Shown: in pieces, positions 60,072-64,000 of the stretch | How positions within the stretch are numbered: position 1 is the first letter of the stretch | Layout: each line of letters begins with the position of its first letter | Source: Alphaproteobacteria bacterium | Lineage (GTDB): Bacteria > Pseudomonadota > Alphaproteobacteria > MPNO01 | NCBI GenBank assembly: GCA_965248835.1 | Contig: CBDFLJ010000001.1 | Location: forward strand, 1,216,001 to 1,280,000 | Length of the DNA stretch: 64,000 nt | Direction of reading: 5' to 3' | The notes under the pieces: model-generated | Seen by the model: only the letters and a program-made list of their open reading frames with translations | Databases searched by the model: none | What the model was told of the DNA's origin: nothing | Translations under genes and position numbers: made by a program

Positions 60072-62024
60072 TTGACCGAGCCGCTGTGGACGCCCTCGCC
60101 CGAACGGATCGCCGGGGCGAACCTCACGCGGTATCGCCGGTTCCTGGCCGACGGGCCGGGCGTGAAGGCGGCCGACTATCCGGCGCTCCATCGCTGGTCG
60201 GTCGAGAACCGCGAAGCGTTCTGGTGCTCGGTCTGGGATTTCTGCGGGGTGATCGCCGCGACCAGGGGCGACGTCGTGCTGGAGGACGGCGAGCGCATGC
60301 CCGGCGCACGCTGGTTTCCCGATGCGCGGCTCAACTTCGCCGAGAACCTGCTGCGCCGGCGCGATGACGGGCCGGCGATCATCTTCCGCGGCGAGGACCG
60401 GGCGCGCCGGACGCTGAGCCACCGCGCGCTCTACGATCTGGTCTCCCGCCTCGCCCAGGCGTTCGAGGACGCAGGCATCGGCGCTGGCGACCGGGTGGCG
60501 GGCTTCCTGCCCAATATCCCCGAGGCGGTCGCGGCGATGCTGGCGGCGGCGAGCCTGGGCGCCATCTGGTCTTCCTGCTCGCCCGATTTCGGCGTGGCCG
60601 GGATGCTCGACCGATTCGGCCAGATCGAGCCCAAGCTCCTGATCACCGCCGACGGTTACACCTATAACGGCAAGCCGATCGGATCGCTCGACCGGGTCGC
60701 GGAAGCGCTTGAAAGCCTGCCCTCCGTCACCCGGGTCATCGTGGTCCCCTATCTCGAGGACGCCCCCGATATCGGCGGGCTCGGCAACGCCCAGGTGCTG
60801 GGCGATGCGATCGCGCCCTTTGCCGCGCGCACGATCGCTTTCCGCCGGCTGCCGTTCGCCCACCCGCTCTATATCCTCTACTCCTCGGGGACCACCGGGA
60901 TCCCCAAATGCATCGTTCATAGTGCCGGGGGCACGCTGCTGCAGCATCTGAAGGAGCACGTCCTCCACACCGACGTGAAGCCGGACGACCGGGTGTTCTA
61001 TGCCACCACCCTGGGCTGGATGATGTGGAACTGGCTGGTCTCGACCCTGGCTGCCGGCGCGACGGCTCTGCTCTATGACGGCGCGCCCTTCCATCCCGGG
61101 CCCGAGGCGCTGTTCGATTTCGCCGACGAGACGGGCATGACCCATTTCGGCACCTCGGCCAAGTACATCGATGCGGTCAAGAAGGCGGGCCTGGCACCGG
61201 CCCGCAGCCATGCGCTGGCGCCGCTGCGCGCGATGATGTCGACCGGCTCGCCGCTGGTCCCGGAGAGCTTCGCGTTCGTCTACCGCTCGGTGAAGGCCGA
61301 TCTCTGCCTGTCCTCGATCTCCGGCGGGACGGACATCGTGTCCTGCTTCGTGCTCGGCAACCCGACGGCGCCGGTGTGGAGCGGCGAGATCCAGGCCTTC
61401 GGGCTCGGCATGGACATCGCCGTCCTCGACGATGACGGCAAGCCGGTCGTCGGGCAGAAGGGCGAGCTGGTCTGCGCCCAGTCGTTTCCGGCGATGCCGA
61501 TCATGTTCTGGAACGATGAGGGGGACAGCCGCTACCGCGCGGCCTATTTCGAGCGGTTCCCCGGCGTGTGGTGCCACGGCGACTATGCCGAGGTCACCGA
61601 GCGCGGCGGCATGGTGATCTACGGCCGCTCGGATGCGGTGCTCAACCCGGGCGGGGTGCGCATCGGCACTGCGGAGATCTACCGCCAGGTCGAGCAGCTC
61701 GACGAGGTCGAGGAGGGGCTCTGCGTCGGCCAGGACTGGCAGGGCGATGTCCGGGTGGTGCTGTTCGTCAAGCTGGCGCCCGGACGGACGCTCGACGAGG
61801 CGCTGATCGGGCGCATCCGCGAGCGCATCCGCACCGGCGCCAGCCCGCGCCACGTGCCGGCCCGGGTCATCGCGGTCCCCGACATCCCGCGCACCAAATC
61901 GGGCAAGATCGTCGAGCTTGCCGTGCGTGCGGTGGTCCACGGCGAGGCGGTGCGCAACATCGAGGCGCTTGCCAACCCTGAGGCGCTGGACCATTTCCGC
62001 GACCGTGCCGAACTGCGAAGCTGA
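60072..62024 (+). CDS. Acetoacetate--CoA ligase
   Basis: [59 protein letters not shown]. Confidence 0.93.
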   Translation: MTEPLWTPSPERIAGANLTRYRRFLADGPGVKAADYPALHRWSVENREAFWCSVWDFCGVIAATRGDVVLEDGERMPGARWFPDARLNFAENLLRRRDDGPAIIFRGEDRARRTLSHRALYDLVSRLAQAFEDAGIGAGDRVAGFLPNIPEAVAAMLAAASLGAIWSSCSPDFGVAGMLDRFGQIEPKLLITADGYTYNGKPIGSLDRVAEALESLPSVTRVIVVPYLEDAPDIGGLGNAQVLGDAIAPFAARTIAFRRLPFAHPLYILYSSGTTGIPKCIVHSAGGTLLQHLKEHVLHTDVKPDDRVFYATTLGWMMWNWLVSTLAAGATALLYDGAPFHPGPEALFDFADETGMTHFGTSAKYIDAVKKAGLAPARSHALAPLRAMMSTGSPLVPESFAFVYRSVKADLCLSSISGGTDIVSCFVLGNPTAPVWSGEIQAFGLGMDIAVLDDDGKPVVGQKGELVCAQSFPAMPIMFWNDEGDSRYRAAYFERFPGVWCHGDYAEVTERGGMVIYGRSDAVLNPGGVRIGTAEIYRQVEQLDEVEEGLCVGQDWQGDVRVVLFVKLAPGRTLDEALIGRIRERIRTGASPRHVPARVIAVPDIPRTKSGKIVELAVRAVVHGEAVRNIEALANPEALDHFRDRAELRS

Positions 62025-62043
62025 GCCCCAACGGGAGAGGACG

Positions 62044-62388
62044 ATGAGCAAGGACTACAAAGCGCTTGCCGGCGAGGTCGACGCAAGGGCCGCCAACCTG
62101 TTCAAGACGGCGCAGGGACAGATGCGCGCCTTCCGCGGGCTGATGGAGGCGGCCTCGGCGGACGGCGCGCTCGATTCCAGGACCAAGGAGCTGATGGCGC
62201 TGTCGATCGCCATCGCCACGCATTGCGAGGGCTGCGTCGTCTATCACGTCCGCGCCGCGCACAAGCTGGGCGCAAGCCGCGAGGAGGTCGCCGAGACCAT
62301 CGGCGTCGCCCTCGAGATGGGCGGCGGCCCGGCCGCGGTCTACGGCGCCGAGGCCCTGGCCGCCTACGACCAGTTCGCCGCGGGCTAG
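62044..62388 (+). CDS. Carboxymuconolactone decarboxylase / AhpD-like protein
   Basis: TKELMAL, CEGCVVYH, MGGGP. Confidence 0.9.
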   Translation: MSKDYKALAGEVDARAANLFKTAQGQMRAFRGLMEAASADGALDSRTKELMALSIAIATHCEGCVVYHVRAAHKLGASREEVAETIGVALEMGGGPAAVYGAEALAAYDQFAAG

Positions 62389-62389
62389 G

Positions 62390-63157
62390 ATGCCGCCGAT
62401 GGACGGGGCGCGGCAGGACATCGAGCGGCTGCGCGAGATGATCGAGCAGGCAGCGCGGGTGGTGGTGTTCACCGGCGCGGGCATCTCCACGGAGTCCGGC
62501 ATCCCCGACTTCCGCGGCCCGACAGGGATCTGGTCGAAGACCGAGCCGATCTATTTCCAGGAGTTCGTCGCCTCCGAGACCGCGCGGCGCGAGGCCTGGC
62601 GCCGCAAGTTCGTCATCGACCGCGATATCGTGAGCGCGGAGCCCAACCGGGGCCACCGCGCCGTCGCCAAGCTGGTGCGCATCGGCAAGGTCACCAGCGT
62701 GATCACCCAGAACATCGACAATTTGCACCAGGCTTCCGGCGTGCCGGCCGAACAGGTGATCGAGCTGCATGGCAACGGCACCTACGCGCACTGCCTGACC
62801 TGCCGGACACGCTATGAGCTGGGGCCGATCAAGGAGGCCTTCGAGGCCGACGGCAAGCCGCCCTCATGCACGTTCTGCGGCGGGCACGTGAAGGCAGCCA
62901 CGGTCTCCTTCGGTCAGGCGATGCCCGAAGCCGAGATGACCCGAGCCAGCCAGGAAGCGCTCGCCTGCGACCTGATGCTGGCCATCGGCTCTTCGCTGGT
63001 GGTCTACCCCGCCGCCGGCTTCCCGGTGCTCGCCAAGGAGAACGGTGCACGCCTGGCGATCCTCAACCGGGAGCCGACCGACCACGACGACATCGCCGAC
63101 CTGGTGATCAACCGCGAGATCGGCCCGACATTGGGCGAGGCGGCCAACGTCAACTGA
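62390..63157 (+). CDS. cobB: Sir2-family NAD-dependent deacylase
   Basis: GAGISTESGIPDFR, TQNIDNLH, ELHG, two CxxC, GSSLVVYPAA. Confidence 0.9.
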   Translation: MPPMDGARQDIERLREMIEQAARVVVFTGAGISTESGIPDFRGPTGIWSKTEPIYFQEFVASETARREAWRRKFVIDRDIVSAEPNRGHRAVAKLVRIGKVTSVITQNIDNLHQASGVPAEQVIELHGNGTYAHCLTCRTRYELGPIKEAFEADGKPPSCTFCGGHVKAATVSFGQAMPEAEMTRASQEALACDLMLAIGSSLVVYPAAGFPVLAKENGARLAILNREPTDHDDIADLVINREIGPTLGEAANVN

Positions 63158-63250
63158 GGGCGCAGGGCCTTGCCGCTCGCATCAAAAGCTGACGATCCGT
63201 AGTCGGGATGATCGCCGGCAACGCCGGACAGGCCGCAACGTGGCGGCGCA

Positions 63251-63440
63251 ATGACTCCATCGGCCGCTCGGGTCGCGCTTCGCGGCCTTGCCAAGCGCTA
63301 TGGCAGTCTCGGAGCGCTCGGCGGCGTGAGCCTCGGCGCCGGGCCGGGGGAGGTGGTCGGGATCACCGGGCCGTCCGGCGCCGGCAAGACGACGATCTGT
63401 CGGCTGATCAGCGGCCTCAAGTCGCCGGGTGCGGACCCGT
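63251..63440 (+). pseudogene. N-terminal fragment of an ABC-transporter ATPase
   Basis: LAKRYG...GVSL...GEVVGITGPSGAGKTT...LISGL, then similarity ends; no signature motif or Walker B. Confidence 0.7.
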
Positions 63441-63480
63441 GGGCTTGCACATCCCGGGTCCGGCTTCCTAAATGTCGGCC

Positions 63481-64000
63481 ATGCGCGGGTATTTCGGGAT
63501 CGGTGTCGAGGGAATCAGCAAGGCGATGAACGCCGGCAACCTGTTCCGCTCGGCCAACGCGTTCGGCGCCTCCTTCGTCTTCACGGTGGCCGCTTCCTAC
63601 GCGCCGACGGCGGGCGGGCGGGCCGACACCTCCGATGCGCCCAACGAGGTCCCGCTCTATGGCTTCGAGACGGTCCGGGAGATGCTGCTGCCCAGCGGGT
63701 GCAGCCTGGTCGGGGTCGAGCTTGACGACCGTGCGGTCGATCTGCCGAGCTTCCGTCATCCGCGCCGCGCGGCCTATGTGCTGGGCATGGAGCGCGGCGG
63801 CATTTCCGAAGAATTGATCGCGTGCTGCGATCACATCGTGCGTATTCCGACCCGGTTCTCGCTAAACCTTGCTGCGGCGGGGGCGGTTGTGATGTATGAT
63901 CGGTTGATTTCGGTCCGGCGGTTCGCGGAGCGTCCCGTGGTGCCCGGTGCGGCGCCAGAGCCGCTGCCGCCGCACGCGTTCGGCGAGCCGGTGTGGAAGA
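63481..64000 (+). CDS. TrmH/SpoU-family RNA methyltransferase (partial)
   Basis: Not in ORF track; manual translation MRGYFGIGVEGISKAMNAGNLFRSANAFGA...LVGVEL...HPRRAAYVLGMER...SLNLAAAGAVVMYDR. Confidence 0.88.
   Translation, partial: MRGYFGIGVEGISKAMNAGNLFRSANAFGASFVFTVAASYAPTAGGRADTSDAPNEVPLYGFETVREMLLPSGCSLVGVELDDRAVDLPSFRHPRRAAYVLGMERGGISEELIACCDHIVRIPTRFSLNLAAAGAVVMYDRLISVRRFAERPVVPGAAPEPLPPHAFGEPVWK

Noticed and set aside
62390-63157. Sir2 protein as an anti-phage defence component
   Set aside because: Zn-finger housekeeping sirtuin in a metabolic context beside an acyl-CoA ligase; no TIR, HerA or pAgo partner

Overview
GC-rich alphaproteobacterial (probably Rhodospirillales-like) chromosome segment spanning the replication origin. 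Left half (1-41990): conserved ori-proximal backbone. It carries cenR, yggS, leuS-lptE-holA, parB-parA-rsmG-mnmG-mnmE with two parS palindromes, rho-hemJ-hemH-hemE, an AT-rich oriC with DnaA boxes and DnaA-trio-like triplets, then maf-aroE-coaE-dnaQ, secB, fxsA, tim44-mltA, lutABC, smr and cysE-cysK. Accessory genes within it are a decayed Rieske oxygenase, an aryl-sulfotransferase-like gene and a two-subunit molybdoenzyme of the pyrogallol-transhydroxylase family whose small subunit has 16 Cys (four [4Fe-4S] motifs). Positions 42020-57890 form a ~15.9 kb island bounded by a 12-bp direct repeat (GCGAGGGCACCC), lying between a zincin gene and phhB, with no integrase. It encodes a Fur-box-controlled iron-acquisition assembly: two imelysins, a di-heme (DHOR) protein, DUF1513, a long Cys-rich DUF2325 protein, a heme-type TonB-dependent receptor lacking the loop His, a PepSY-TM reductase-like protein, a His-patch Spy/CpxP-like protein, HemP, a 4-Cys exported protein and ExbB-ExbD-ExbD-TonB (tonB has a recent 273-bp duplication). 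The island ends in an IS630 stub fused to a decayed second copy of the DUF2325 5' end. Right end: phhB, DMT, SDR, acetoacetate-CoA ligase, CMD protein, sirtuin, an ABC-ATPase fragment and a partial TrmH gene. No rRNA, tRNA or CRISPR array was seen. All calls come from reading motifs by eye; no database search was run.
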